In this document: positions 20,001-29,579 of the stretch, piece after piece | Layout: every line of letters begins with the position of its first letter | Position numbering within the stretch: the stretch's first letter is position 1 | NCBI GenBank assembly: GCA_964386905.1 | Contig: CAYLUP010000002.1 | Location: 128,522 to 192,521, forward strand | Length of the DNA: 64,000 nt | Reading direction: 5' to 3' | DNA from: an uncultured Candidatus Saccharibacteria bacterium | Lineage (GTDB): Bacteria; Patescibacteriota; Minisyncoccia; Phycocordibacterales; UBA6899 | Position numbers and translations under genes: made by a program | The notes under the pieces: generated by a model | Databases searched by the model: none | Told to the model about the DNA's origin: nothing | What the model saw: the letters and a program-made list of their open reading frames with translations, nothing else

Positions 20001-21194
20001 TTATTGAATATTAGTGAATAGTGTAGTGAGAATAGAAATCAGTCGCTCGACATCGTGTTGCGTGTTGTGTGCGCCGAAAGAAAATCGGAGGAGTGGAGGA
20101 AGGTGTGCAACATCGTTGATGTAATAATGACAACAGAATGCACCGCTTCGCGCCATGATATTTTGTTCAGAACAGTATATTGCAAGTTTGTGCGAATCGA
20201 TGATATCGCTATATATCGTAACAACACTTGATTCTTGATCACCAACAATGTGAATGTGTGATTGTGTTCGAAGCCACTCTCTGAATTGTGACGCCAGAGC
20301 TTTGATGTGTGCGTGACGATAATGTTTTTCAGTCCAAATCAACGCCTCCCGAAGGCCAATAATCGCTGCGTAATCTTGAAGACCAAGCTCGAGGAGCGAT
20401 GCCGCATGTTCGCCTGAAAGAAGAGTGTAAGCATCGGCGTGGACATCCTGAACCATCCCGCCACCAAGTTGCGTAAACGTGAGTGATTGAAGGAGCGTTC
20501 TTTTGATGACAATGATGCCAATACTTGGACCATAGATTTTGTGCCCAGAAAAGAAGAGCGCATCAAAAGGGATTTTTGAAAGTGAAGAATCCTGGAGAAT
20601 CCCTTGTGCTGCATCGATAAGGAGGATGCCTCCATGAGCATGGATGTCCTCTGAAAACGTGTCGAGATTGATGCATGCTTGTCCGTCAATGTTTGAAACA
20701 TTGTTCACGAGTGCAAGAGGAGAAGAAAGCACCTCTGGTTCGTACTGAACAGCGCCTGAAGCTCGAGGGAGGATGCGTCGAGGGATGTTGAGTCTTTTTG
20801 AGAGGGCAATAGTGGGGAGAAAGACTGAGTTGTGTTCAATCTCAGACGTCAGTACTTCTTTGTATACACCAGATGGGATTTGCGAGAGCACTTGATTGAT
20901 CCCCATTGTTGTATTCAACGTAAATGAAACCACATACTCACTTTCCTTTTTTCCAAGCAAAGAAAGGATGCGACGTTTTGTGTCGGCTATTTCTTCATCG
21001 ACACGCACGCCCCATGAGTATTTTACGCGCCCTCCACATGAATTGTATGAGGTATAGTATTCGGACATTGCAGCAATAACCGAAGCTGGACGTTGTGTCT
21101 GACATGCACTATCGAAATAGAGCACATCTTCTGGGATGTGTGCAAAATCAGGGTGGCGGCTGCTTGAGGTGACATTTTTACGGGAAAATAGCAT
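20001..21194 (-). CDS. Cysteine desulfurase-like class V aminotransferase (SufS/CsdA family)
   Basis: The 'SGHKIYGP' PLP-lysine motif and a C-terminal Cys-containing loop are present. Confidence 0.78.
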   Translation of the reverse strand: MLFSRKNVTSSSRHPDFAHIPEDVLYFDSACQTQRPASVIAAMSEYYTSYNSCGGRVKYSWGVRVDEEIADTKRRILSLLGKKESEYVVSFTLNTTMGINQVLSQIPSGVYKEVLTSEIEHNSVFLPTIALSKRLNIPRRILPRASGAVQYEPEVLSSPLALVNNVSNIDGQACINLDTFSEDIHAHGGILLIDAAQGILQDSSLSKIPFDALFFSGHKIYGPSIGIIVIKRTLLQSLTFTQLGGGMVQDVHADAYTLLSGEHAASLLELGLQDYAAIIGLREALIWTEKHYRHAHIKALASQFREWLRTQSHIHIVGDQESSVVTIYSDIIDSHKLAIYCSEQNIMARSGAFCCHYYINDVAHLPPLLRFSFGAHNTQHDVERLISILTTLFTNIQ

Positions 21195-21240
21195 TCTTCT
21201 ATGGTATCACATATGAGAGACGAAGGCTGAAAAGCGCTTA

Positions 21241-21268
21241 TTGACAAGTATATTTAATATTGTATAAT
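21241..21268 (+). promoter_or_regulatory. Consensus sigma70 promoter TTGACA-N16-TATAAT
   Basis: Seen directly. The RBS GGAGG lies at 21276-21280. Confidence 0.5.
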
Positions 21269-21286
21269 TTACTTCGGAGGTTTGCC

Positions 21287-21433
21287 ATGCGCAAAGCCAA
21301 GAATGAGCAACAAACGGCTGCTCCGAACCAGAGAACAATCATTACGTTGCAGCTTCCGCCCGAGGAGAACAAGGAGAGGAAAAAGCCTCCCTCGAAGGTG
21401 CGGCACATTGAGTTCATTCATGTCAGGTTGTAA
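21287..21433 (+). CDS. Small basic protein (48 aa) MRKAKNEQQTAAPNQRTIITLQLPPEENKERKKPPSKVRHIEFIHVRL
   Basis: It is ATG-initiated 6 nt after GGAGG and terminated by a perfect hairpin at 21434-21457. It is below the ORF-track size cut-off. Confidence 0.45.
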   Translation: MRKAKNEQQTAAPNQRTIITLQLPPEENKERKKPPSKVRHIEFIHVRL

Positions 21434-21457
21434 AAAGGCCCCGTACGGGGCCTTTTG
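21434..21457. terminator. Bidirectional rho-independent terminator (AAAAAGGCCCCGTACGGGGCCTTTT)
   Basis: Perfect hairpin with flanking A/T runs. Confidence 0.7.
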
Positions 21458-21458
21458 T

Positions 21459-21812
21459 CTACTCTTCTTTTGTGTCGTCTATGAGAATGGCGTTGATAAA
21501 TGAGGAGATAATCCAGATGAGTGCTGCACCGACAATTGCAAAAAAGAAACTTTTGATGTGAAAGCCAGAGACGACTTTTGGGACAAGCGTGAGAAGAAAG
21601 CCATTCAAGACGAGCGAGAAGATGCCAAGGGTAATAATGTTGAGGGGGAGAGTCAGGAGCTTGAGGATGGGTTTGAGGAGGAGGTTGATGAGTCCGAGTG
21701 CAAGGGCTGCATAGATAACAGTTTTGGTGTCTGTAATAGTGATAATTGTAGAAAATTTCGCAAGGAGAAATATTGCGACAGAAAGCGAGAACCATTTTAT
21801 GATAAACTTCAT
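21459..21812 (-). CDS. DUF360/Phage_holin_4_2 family membrane protein (YvlD-like)
   Basis: 'MKFIIKWFSLSVAIFLLAKF...LLKPILKLLTLPLNIITLGIFSLVLNGFLL' fits the DUF360 pattern. Confidence 0.7.
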   Translation of the reverse strand: MKFIIKWFSLSVAIFLLAKFSTIITITDTKTVIYAALALGLINLLLKPILKLLTLPLNIITLGIFSLVLNGFLLTLVPKVVSGFHIKSFFFAIVGAALIWIISSFINAILIDDTKEE

Positions 21813-21893
21813 GGTATAAGTATAGTACAGATTGATTTGTCGGTATCGTTGCTCGAGAAAAACTGTGCATATCTTAACTATCTATTGTCTTTT

Positions 21894-22847
21894 ATGATTC
21901 AACTTCAATCATCATTTTCACCACAGAAAAAATTACTTTTTGTGACCCATTCGGGTTCTTTTCATGCTGACGATATTCTTGCTGCTGCGACGCTTGATCT
22001 TGTATTTTCAAAACAAGGGTATCTTTTTGAATTTTTACGTACACGAAATGCGGACGTGATTCGTTCAGCTGATATCGTGTTTGATGTCGGTGGAGTCTAT
22101 GATCCCAGTATTTATCGATTTGATCATCATCAGGTTCCAGGGCCAGAACCCCGTCCTGATACACATCTTCCATATTCATCATTTGGGCTCATTTGGAAGC
22201 ATTTTGGCATGCTTCTCTGCGATGGAGAGCAAGATGTTTGGGAGTACATTGAAAAAAATCTCGTTCTTGCAATTGATGCACAAGATAATGGTGTTGAGCT
22301 CTATGCTCCGGTTATTCCAAACATTCATCCTGTACTTCTGCACCAGCTGACACGTGTATTCGTTCCGACATGGCGCGAGCGTGAAGACGGAGATGGAGAT
22401 GATTCAGCGTTTTTCGAACTTGTTGCATTCGCAAAGCGTTTTCTCGGCCGTATGCTTATTGTTGCGCGTGATATGCGTATGGCAGAACACTATATCCGAA
22501 ACATCTATGCTAACAGTGAGAATAAGGAGTGTGTGATTCTCGATCGTGATGTGGCATGGGAAGATGTTCTCGCGCAATATCCGGAACCGCGTCTTGTTGT
22601 GTATCCTCGAATAACAGAAGAGGGTGGCGTGGCCTGGAGAGTCCAAACAGTTCGGGACGATGTGAATGGCTTTGCAAATCGCTGCCCTTTTCCTGAATCA
22701 TGGAGAGGAAAGATTGGGACAGATTTGGAAGAGGCTTCCGGTGTTTCTGGCGCGCGCTTTTGCCATAAAGCAGGATTTCTTGCAATTGCTGATACTAAAG
22801 ACGCAGCACTTGCACTTGCACACAAGGCACTTGAGCAGGGTTCGTAG
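21894..22847 (+). CDS. MYG1/UPF0160 family metal-dependent hydrolase
   Basis: The 'THSGSFHADD' signature is present. The start is set at the internal Met, because the track ORF's N-terminal extension overlaps the DUF360 gene. Confidence 0.72.
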   Translation: MIQLQSSFSPQKKLLFVTHSGSFHADDILAAATLDLVFSKQGYLFEFLRTRNADVIRSADIVFDVGGVYDPSIYRFDHHQVPGPEPRPDTHLPYSSFGLIWKHFGMLLCDGEQDVWEYIEKNLVLAIDAQDNGVELYAPVIPNIHPVLLHQLTRVFVPTWREREDGDGDDSAFFELVAFAKRFLGRMLIVARDMRMAEHYIRNIYANSENKECVILDRDVAWEDVLAQYPEPRLVVYPRITEEGGVAWRVQTVRDDVNGFANRCPFPESWRGKIGTDLEEASGVSGARFCHKAGFLAIADTKDAALALAHKALEQGS

Positions 22848-22931
22848 CTGGACTTTTTGTGTGAATTATTGTAGAATATATCTATGAAGAAAACCGCCAG
22901 TATGGCGATTTTTTCTCCTAATACATTAAAT

Positions 22932-23921
22932 ATGGCATTTATCGATGAACTAACCATACACATGTCAGCGGGCGATGGAGGTAACGGCGTTGTGCGCTGG
23001 AGACATGATAAGGGGAAGGAGTTTGCAGGTCCTTCGGGGGGAGACGGCGGCAATGGCGGTAGTGTTTTTGTTGTTGGTTCTCGTGATCTTGGCCTTCTGT
23101 ATAAATATCGTCACCAAAAAGAATTTGCAGCAGAACGTGGTGGCGACGGTGGTCGTGATTCTCTTCATGGAAAAAATGGAGAGGATCTCATTCTCCCTTT
23201 ACCAATTGGCTCCGTTGTTACAATCCTTGATACGGGAACAGTTGTAGAGGTACTCACAGAGGATGAACCTATCTGTATTCTTCAAGGAGGTCGTGGGGGG
23301 CTCGGCAATGAACGTTTCAAGAGTGCGACAAACCGCAGTCCAAAGGAATCAACTCCGGGAAAGCCGGGGGCAGAATCTGATGTGCATATTGAGCTTCGCC
23401 TCGTGGTTGATGTAGGTTTTGTCGGTTTTCCAAATGCAGGGAAGTCCTCGCTGCTCAATGAGCTGACGAATGCTTCTGCAAAAGTTGGGGCATACCAATT
23501 TACGACGCTTGAACCCAATCTTGGCGCATTCCACGGATATGTTCTTGCAGATATTCCAGGATTAATTGAAGGTGCATCTGGAGGCAAGGGGCTTGGGCAC
23601 AAATTCTTGCGTCATGTCGCGCGTACAAAGATGCTTATGCACCTCATTTCTCTTGAACATGAACATCCTCTTGATGCATACGGAGTCATCCGAAATGAAC
23701 TTGAATCGTTTGGGCACGGCTTGAGTGACAAAGAAGAAATTATTGTCCTTACGAAAACGGATGTCGTTTCTGATGACGTGGTCCAAAAGACACTTGCGCT
23801 ATTTAAAAAGAAAGGCAAGGAAGCATATGCTATTTCGATCATTGACGACGTATCGCTCAAAACATTTCAAGACATGCTGATCACACGCTTGCGTGAGGCT
23901 GATAAAAAAGATGCTGCATAG
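22932..23921 (+). CDS. obg: GTPase Obg
   Basis: The Gly-rich Obg fold 'GGDGGNGG' and G-domain motifs 'GFPNAGKSSLL' are present. Confidence 0.9.
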   Translation: MAFIDELTIHMSAGDGGNGVVRWRHDKGKEFAGPSGGDGGNGGSVFVVGSRDLGLLYKYRHQKEFAAERGGDGGRDSLHGKNGEDLILPLPIGSVVTILDTGTVVEVLTEDEPICILQGGRGGLGNERFKSATNRSPKESTPGKPGAESDVHIELRLVVDVGFVGFPNAGKSSLLNELTNASAKVGAYQFTTLEPNLGAFHGYVLADIPGLIEGASGGKGLGHKFLRHVARTKMLMHLISLEHEHPLDAYGVIRNELESFGHGLSDKEEIIVLTKTDVVSDDVVQKTLALFKKKGKEAYAISIIDDVSLKTFQDMLITRLREADKKDAA

Positions 23922-23962
23922 GCATCTTTTTTGTGTGATGGTATACTGAGTGCATAACTTCC

Positions 23963-24652
23963 TTGCATATGGCTATTAAACTTAAAATCACACGACATAA
24001 AGAGCATCCAGCGCCTTTGAAAACGAAAACGAAACTTGTTGTTGAACGCGTAAAGACTTCTCAGGCCTCTTCCCCTAAGAAAACGATAACGAAAAAGAAG
24101 ACATCGTCTTCAGAGGTGAAGAAAGAAAAAAAGACTTCCACGCTCGCTCCAGGTGTCGTGAAGAAAAAATCAATACAGCGCACGCAGGCAAAAAAATCTT
24201 CGCTTTCCCTTACTGTTGGAGATGCGTTTCCTACATTTTCGCTACCATCATCGGAGGGAGGATTCGTATCATCTGATGCACTTCGTGGTGAAAAGTATGT
24301 TCTCTATTTTTACCCAAAGGACATGACATCGGGGTGTGCCACAGAAGCCAGAGAATTTAGTTTGCTCTCTGCAGAATTTGCTCACCTGGGATATCGCATC
24401 TTTGGTGTCTCTGCTGATTCTCTCGATCGACACCAGAAGTTTATTGCCAAAGAACACATTACCTTTCCATTGCTTTCTGACGAGATGAAGGATCTCGCTC
24501 GTGCGTGCGGAGTTTTACATCCAGGCATCAGGCGCACGACGTTTATTGTTGATGGCCGTGGAAACATTGAACGCGTGTATGAAAAAGTGGTCGCAAAAGG
24601 GCACAGCGTATGTGTCTACAAGGACCTCCAGAGTCAAAAAACGTCCGCCTAG
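23963..24652 (+). CDS. bcp: Peroxiredoxin Bcp (AhpC/TSA family) with an approximately 90-aa Lys-rich N-terminal tail
   Basis: 'YFYPKDMTSGCATEA' contains the peroxidatic Cys. The N-terminus is rich in KK/TKKK repeats. Confidence 0.8.
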   Translation: MHMAIKLKITRHKEHPAPLKTKTKLVVERVKTSQASSPKKTITKKKTSSSEVKKEKKTSTLAPGVVKKKSIQRTQAKKSSLSLTVGDAFPTFSLPSSEGGFVSSDALRGEKYVLYFYPKDMTSGCATEAREFSLLSAEFAHLGYRIFGVSADSLDRHQKFIAKEHITFPLLSDEMKDLARACGVLHPGIRRTTFIVDGRGNIERVYEKVVAKGHSVCVYKDLQSQKTSA

Positions 24653-24685
24653 GCGTTTTTTTATTCTCTATGCTATACTCGGACC

Positions 24686-26101
24686 ATGTCAGCATATCGC
24701 GCAACAATTGGACTGGAAGTCCACGCAGAACTCCATACCGAGTCAAAAATGTTTTGTTCATGCAAAAATGATCCAGATGAAATAAAGCCAAATGTACATA
24801 TCTGTCCTGTGTGTACAGCACAGCCTGGAACACTCCCTGTCATCAACCTGAAGGCTGTTGAACATGTGCTTCGTGTCGGAAAGGCAGTAGGTGCAACTCT
24901 TGCAGATTTTACTGAGTGGGATCGAAAAAATTATTTCTACCCGGACATTCCAAAGGGCTACCAGATTAGTCAGTACAAGTATCCATTAGTTTCTGGAGGA
25001 GTACTCGCCGGGGTTGCACTCACACGTATTCATCTTGAAGAAGATACTGGTTCATCACGACATGACATGGGTGATTTTTCAGTTGTCGATTATAATCGTG
25101 CTGGTGTTCCTCTTATGGAACTCGTCACCGAGCCCGTTGTCCATGATGCGGAGACTGCTATGCGTTTTGGGAAAGAGCTACAGCTTCTCTTGCGCACTCT
25201 GGGCGTTTCGGAGGCAAATATGGAAAAGGGGCAGATGCGTGTGGAGGCAAATATCTCAATTTCAAAAACAGATACGTTCGGAACAAAGGTGGAAGTAAAA
25301 AATCTCAATTCATTTCGTTCTGTTGCAGATGCGATTCAATATGAAATTGCACGCCAAGAAGAAGTTCTTGAGTCTGGTGGTATTGTTGTCCAGGAAACAC
25401 GCGGGTGGGATGACAAGAATGCACGTACCTTCTCGCAGCGCAAGAAAGAGTCCGCAAATGATTATCGTTATTTTCCTGATCCAGATCTTCCGAAATTAAA
25501 ATGTAGAGAAGTGTTCGGTCTACAGTATGAAAAACTTGCGCCACTTCCAGAATTACCATGGGTAAAACGTGAGCGTATCCTTGCTCTTGGCATTGACCCA
25601 AAGGTCACGGAAATGTATGTTGCAGAAGAATTCCTTGGGACAATGTTTGATGCAATTACCGCACATTTTGGGGATTCTCTTGATGCAATTCGTCTCGCGT
25701 CAAATTATCTTTCAAGCGATTTCGTGAGCATTTGGAAGAATCAGCCAGAGAGCATTTCGTGTGTATCCGCACAGACATTTATTGATCTTGCGGCCGCAAT
25801 CATTGACGGAAAGCTTTCTTCTCGCGGAGCAAAGGACACCCTCGCGTATATATGTGCAAACGGTGGTAGGGTGATGGAGGTCGCTGAACAACAGGGCCTT
25901 ATCCAGAAAAATGATTCCGCAGAATTGGAACGGATTGCTGCAGCAATTATTGCTGCAAACACTGCACAGGCAGATGAATATCGTGCAGGGAAGGTGGCCC
26001 TCCTTCAGTTTTTTGTTGGGCAAGGAATGAAGGCAACGAAGGGTTCCGGAAATCCACAAGTGCTTGGAGGGATATTCGAAAAACTTCTCCAGTCATCATA
26101 G
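24686..26101 (+). CDS. gatB: Asp/Glu-tRNA amidotransferase subunit B
   Basis: The characteristic N-terminus 'IGLEVHAEL.T.SK.FC' and the 471-aa length fit. Confidence 0.92.
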   Translation: MSAYRATIGLEVHAELHTESKMFCSCKNDPDEIKPNVHICPVCTAQPGTLPVINLKAVEHVLRVGKAVGATLADFTEWDRKNYFYPDIPKGYQISQYKYPLVSGGVLAGVALTRIHLEEDTGSSRHDMGDFSVVDYNRAGVPLMELVTEPVVHDAETAMRFGKELQLLLRTLGVSEANMEKGQMRVEANISISKTDTFGTKVEVKNLNSFRSVADAIQYEIARQEEVLESGGIVVQETRGWDDKNARTFSQRKKESANDYRYFPDPDLPKLKCREVFGLQYEKLAPLPELPWVKRERILALGIDPKVTEMYVAEEFLGTMFDAITAHFGDSLDAIRLASNYLSSDFVSIWKNQPESISCVSAQTFIDLAAAIIDGKLSSRGAKDTLAYICANGGRVMEVAEQQGLIQKNDSAELERIAAAIIAANTAQADEYRAGKVALLQFFVGQGMKATKGSGNPQVLGGIFEKLLQSS

Positions 26102-26158
26102 CTGAATGTAAGAAAACGCCTTGAGTGTTTTCTTTTATGATATACTGAAGAAGTATTT

Positions 26159-27442
26159 ATGGAACGTACATCTTTGTATATTACTGTTGCTGAAGCAGTG
26201 CGTGTTTTTCGTATTTCCGAAGAAGACGTGCGTCGTTTTTGTGCGGAAAAAAAGATCGGATACGCACAGGAACCACAGGGCGATGAATTGTTCCCATCTG
26301 CCGATGATCTCGCGTTCGCTTTGAAGCGCGCAATGCCCGAGGACGTATCATTTGTCACACTGGATGCGACACATGTGATTACACTCCGAGAGAAAAAAGA
26401 TAAAGTAGTCACCTATACAAATGGTGCTTTGCATCACGATGATGGTCATCTTCTTCCTCCTCTTGAGAAAAAACTCCTTCTTCAACAGGAGATGCCACCG
26501 CTTCTTGATGATCCGGTGGCTGAATCGCTTTTGCATGACGGAAAAGAGGATGTTCTTCTTTCTTCGCCCGTTGTTAATCAAGAAGTTCTGTCTGTGGCCC
26601 CTGATCCCTCTTTGCTTACGGCACAAAGCGCCCCACTTCCGGAGATAATACCGCATTCACAAGAACACAATACCGAAATTACTGAAGAGGAGACGACGCA
26701 AGAGGCTGTCGTACAAGCAGAGAAGACACCCGTTTTTAATGTAAAACCCGTTTTTATTCCGAAGGACAATGGACTCTCAATCCAAGCAGCGGGAAAACGT
26801 ACTCCTCAGAATCCTCGTCCCATTGTTGCAGAGAAAAAAATCCCAGTCCCTCATGCGCCAATTTTTGCACCAATAGGAAGTATCCATCCGCTTGCGCAAC
26901 CCCCATCAGTGATTCCTTTTGCGACACCTGCCCCTGCTGCACATGTGAAAGTCGCTGCGGTGTACACACAACCACATGCGCGCGTAGTAGAATGGATGCC
27001 ATGGATGCGTACAAGCCAATGGCTCAGACGTGCGGTTTCGAAGGCGACGCGGAATCCTGATGTCTTTCATGCACACCCTGGGCTTCCTGTTGCCCCTATG
27101 CCTACCGTGGCGCCAAACCCCTCCGTTGTTCCGCTTATTCAAAACGTAAAAAATTCTTCCTCACCAGCTCCGCTTTCAGTACAGTCTGCGCCTCCTGTTC
27201 CAGACGAAAAGCAAGCACCTGTTGTGCGTATGCAACATCCTGAGGTACAAGACGCACTCGATCGCGCGTTGTTTGGGCAATTTGTCCCTCCAAAAAGTAC
27301 AGAGCAAGTTTCTTCTTCGGAAAGTGTACAAAAAGCTGATCCTCCTTCTCCTCAGTATACAGACGTTATGAGCCAGGGTAGTACAAATGTCGGTGGTTCT
27401 CCAAAAATTCAAGATTCGTGGGATGCATTATTGTTTTCGTAA
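26159..27442 (+). CDS. Hypothetical protein with an N-terminal HTH-like region and a long Pro-rich low-complexity region
   Basis: 'YITVAEAVRVFRISEEDVRRF' looks like an HTH. The remainder is P/A/V/Q-rich. Confidence 0.45.
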   Translation: MERTSLYITVAEAVRVFRISEEDVRRFCAEKKIGYAQEPQGDELFPSADDLAFALKRAMPEDVSFVTLDATHVITLREKKDKVVTYTNGALHHDDGHLLPPLEKKLLLQQEMPPLLDDPVAESLLHDGKEDVLLSSPVVNQEVLSVAPDPSLLTAQSAPLPEIIPHSQEHNTEITEEETTQEAVVQAEKTPVFNVKPVFIPKDNGLSIQAAGKRTPQNPRPIVAEKKIPVPHAPIFAPIGSIHPLAQPPSVIPFATPAPAAHVKVAAVYTQPHARVVEWMPWMRTSQWLRRAVSKATRNPDVFHAHPGLPVAPMPTVAPNPSVVPLIQNVKNSSSPAPLSVQSAPPVPDEKQAPVVRMQHPEVQDALDRALFGQFVPPKSTEQVSSSESVQKADPPSPQYTDVMSQGSTNVGGSPKIQDSWDALLFS

Positions 27443-27553
27443 AAAACACTCTCAAGAGAGTGTTTTTTTATTTTAGACTTGATAAAGAGGAAAGATGTGT
27501 GATGGTGCGTTATCCACAATTGCGTGAAATGAAATAGCACGTATGATGATTCC

Positions 27554-27680
27554 AGGGACAAGGCATTGTTCCTGTACATCATGGAAAACTGTGGTAGAGC
27601 TTAGCTCTCGCTGGGTTCTATAAAATGGGGCCAGAATGTGGTATTTGAGTAATTGAATATCACATTCTGGCCCTTTTTTA
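27554..27680 (+). ncRNA. Candidate small RNA with its own promoter (TTGCGT-N16-TATGAT at 27520-27547), three hairpins and a strong terminator
   Basis: Hairpins are CAGGGACAA/TTGTTCCTG (GU wobble), AGAGC-TTA-GCTCT, and a 12-bp terminator stem GGCCAGAATGTG/CACATTCTGGCC followed by a T-run. Confidence 0.3.
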
Positions 27681-27786
27681 CTATCAACAGGAAACTAGTA
27701 TTGAGTGTGACCAAATGTATAGTCTGGGCTCTGTCTTCATATTTATGTCGCCTCGTTAGTTTTCGTGTATGTTGTATACTTTTCAT

Positions 27787-28287
27787 ATGAAGAAGCTCAT
27801 GATCGGAGTTGTTGCTATCGCGCTTGCAAGTGTAGGTATTGCGATACTTCTGCAGCAGAACAGTGCAATAAAGAAAAATATCAGGTCTCGGGTGACTTGT
27901 GCTGATGATGCTACGTTGATTGCGCGCATTGGCCCATATGTTTTCACTCTTGACTCCGCAGATACTCCAAAGGAGCATGCACAAGGATTGTCAGGGCGAT
28001 CATTTTTGCCGCTACGTGAAGGACTCCTTTTTGTTTTTGGCGAATCGCGAGTGCAGCGTTTTTGGATGAAGGATATGTTATTTCCTATTCATATGCTTTG
28101 GATTGATCAGGATTTCGTTATCCAGGGGGTAGCAGAGCATGCTGACCCGTCGAGTTACCCAACGATATTTTCATCTCCCGTCCCTGTGCCGTATGTCCTT
28201 GAGGTACATGCAGATGCTCTACCGAACATACAGCAATACGTACACACAGTTGCTCACTTTTCTTGTATGCAAAAGCCCGCCGTATAG
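27787..28287 (+). CDS. DUF192 (COG1430) secreted/membrane-anchored protein
   Basis: An N-terminal signal/TM segment followed by 'LDSADTPKEHAQGL...GLLFVF...MLWID'. Confidence 0.62.
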   Translation: MKKLMIGVVAIALASVGIAILLQQNSAIKKNIRSRVTCADDATLIARIGPYVFTLDSADTPKEHAQGLSGRSFLPLREGLLFVFGESRVQRFWMKDMLFPIHMLWIDQDFVIQGVAEHADPSSYPTIFSSPVPVPYVLEVHADALPNIQQYVHTVAHFSCMQKPAV

Positions 28288-28298
28288 GCGGGCGTTCT

Positions 28299-28676
28299 TT
28301 ATGCAAGAGGATTCGTGTCTGTGTGGTAGGCCATAAAAAGCAAGCCTACCATGAGAATCGTCACAATTCCTGCGAGCGGACCATATCCTTCGAAGGCGCC
28401 AGAGACGAGGCTGAATGCGTACCATGTCCCTATTGAAAGAAACACAGAGTATGTCAGTTCGAAGCCGCATTTGATTGTGACGAGATAGTACGAGAGTGTT
28501 GCAATGCCTGCAATGATGACACCCAAGAGGAGGGGGGGCATAGGAAAAAGCACGCTTCTGTTTACTACAATATGGAGTAAAGAAAATACGGAACCAAAGG
28601 TGAAACCGACGGCGATACCGCCAATCAGTCCCATTGAAATCTCACCTACTACGCGCTTATGTCGCTGCCTCGGCAT
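28299..28676 (-). CDS. Hypothetical integral membrane protein
   Basis: Three or four hydrophobic helices. It shares the bidirectional terminator at 28271-28300. Confidence 0.45.
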   Translation of the reverse strand: MPRQRHKRVVGEISMGLIGGIAVGFTFGSVFSLLHIVVNRSVLFPMPPLLLGVIIAGIATLSYYLVTIKCGFELTYSVFLSIGTWYAFSLVSGAFEGYGPLAGIVTILMVGLLFMAYHTDTNPLA

Positions 28677-28760
28677 GTATAATCCTTTCAGGAAATCTGG
28701 TGAAAATGTACCATAGATAATGGTATTGTCAATGTTTCAAATCTATGTCATAATACATAA

Positions 28761-29080
28761 GCCTATTTTGATGATTGCTCCGCAAGGAGAGGAAAGTCCG
28801 AACTCGGGCGCGAAAGCGCAGCAGGGTAGCGGGTAACCCCCGTCCACAGTAATGTGCGAGGTGCGAGCAGAGACGCTTGATGACGAAAGAAGTCAAGCAC
28901 CCCTCGGGGTGAGTCATAGTGGAAACACTATGAGTGAAACGGCTAAATCCTTACTTCCGTGCAAGGTCGTGCTCTTTGGATTTCCAAAGAGAGTGCCGCT
29001 AGAGGTGTGCAGTAATGTACATTCGAGATAAATAATCATCGCTTCGCAAGAAGAACAGAATTCGGCTTACGAATAGACAA
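28761..29080 (+). ncRNA. rnpB: RNase P RNA (bacterial type A-like, reduced P3)
   Basis: 'GGAAAGTCCGAAC' is the P4 5' strand and 'ACAGAATTCGGCTTAC' the P4 3' strand, with 'GCTAGAGGTG...CAGTAATG' between them. The promoter TTGTCA-N17-CATAAT lies at 28726-28754 and a terminator hairpin at 29082-29104. Confidence 0.72.
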
Positions 29081-29142
29081 CAAAAATCGCCTTTGGCGAT
29101 TTTTGTTACAATAAAACCGCACGAACTGTGCGGCTGGTTGCG

Positions 29143-29448
29143 CTAAGTGCCCTCTGGAAGATTCTTTCGATTTGTCACAATGATTCTTTTATGTCGCTTT
29201 TCACACAATGCCTTCAATGTCAGGAGTTTTGTCTTGATGCGTGGTGTTGTCGAAATATGATCAACAAAAATGATGTCAGCAGTACGAATTGCTTGAAGGA
29301 GTGACCATCCCGGTTTGCCGATGATATCATGTGGTCGATCGGGGTGAAGTCCATATACCTCTGCACATAATCCGGCAACATTAGAGATGTTCCTTTGAAG
29401 CATGTTCATATCACAATCGACGAAAAGGACCTTGAGTGTTGGTCCCAT
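29143..29448 (-). CDS. Hypothetical protein (possibly a NYN/LabA-like small Rossmann fold)
   Basis: 'KVLFVDCDMNML ... ADIIFVDHIST' gives only a weak resemblance. Confidence 0.35.
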   Translation of the reverse strand: MGPTLKVLFVDCDMNMLQRNISNVAGLCAEVYGLHPDRPHDIIGKPGWSLLQAIRTADIIFVDHISTTPRIKTKLLTLKALCEKRHKRIIVTNRKNLPEGT

Positions 29449-29579
29449 GAGTGCTCCGTCTCTTGTGGTAGTATAACAGATAGTAACAATTTGTACAGTA
29501 GATAACTCGAATCCGGGTGTGCTGCTGGTTGCCCATATGCATATTTCACAGTATGCTTGTTATATCCAATACTCTTTAC

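Noticed and set aside
21282-21503. Track ORF in frame +3 starting with TTG (MPCAKPRMSNKR...)
   Set aside because: The ATG-initiated +2 frame at 21287 sits 6 nt after GGAGG and ends exactly at the terminator hairpin. The +3 frame runs through the terminator.
21558-21893. N-terminal 112-aa extension of the MYG1 ORF
   Set aside because: It overlaps the convincing DUF360 membrane-protein gene on the opposite strand. The MYG1 homology begins at the internal Met at 21894.
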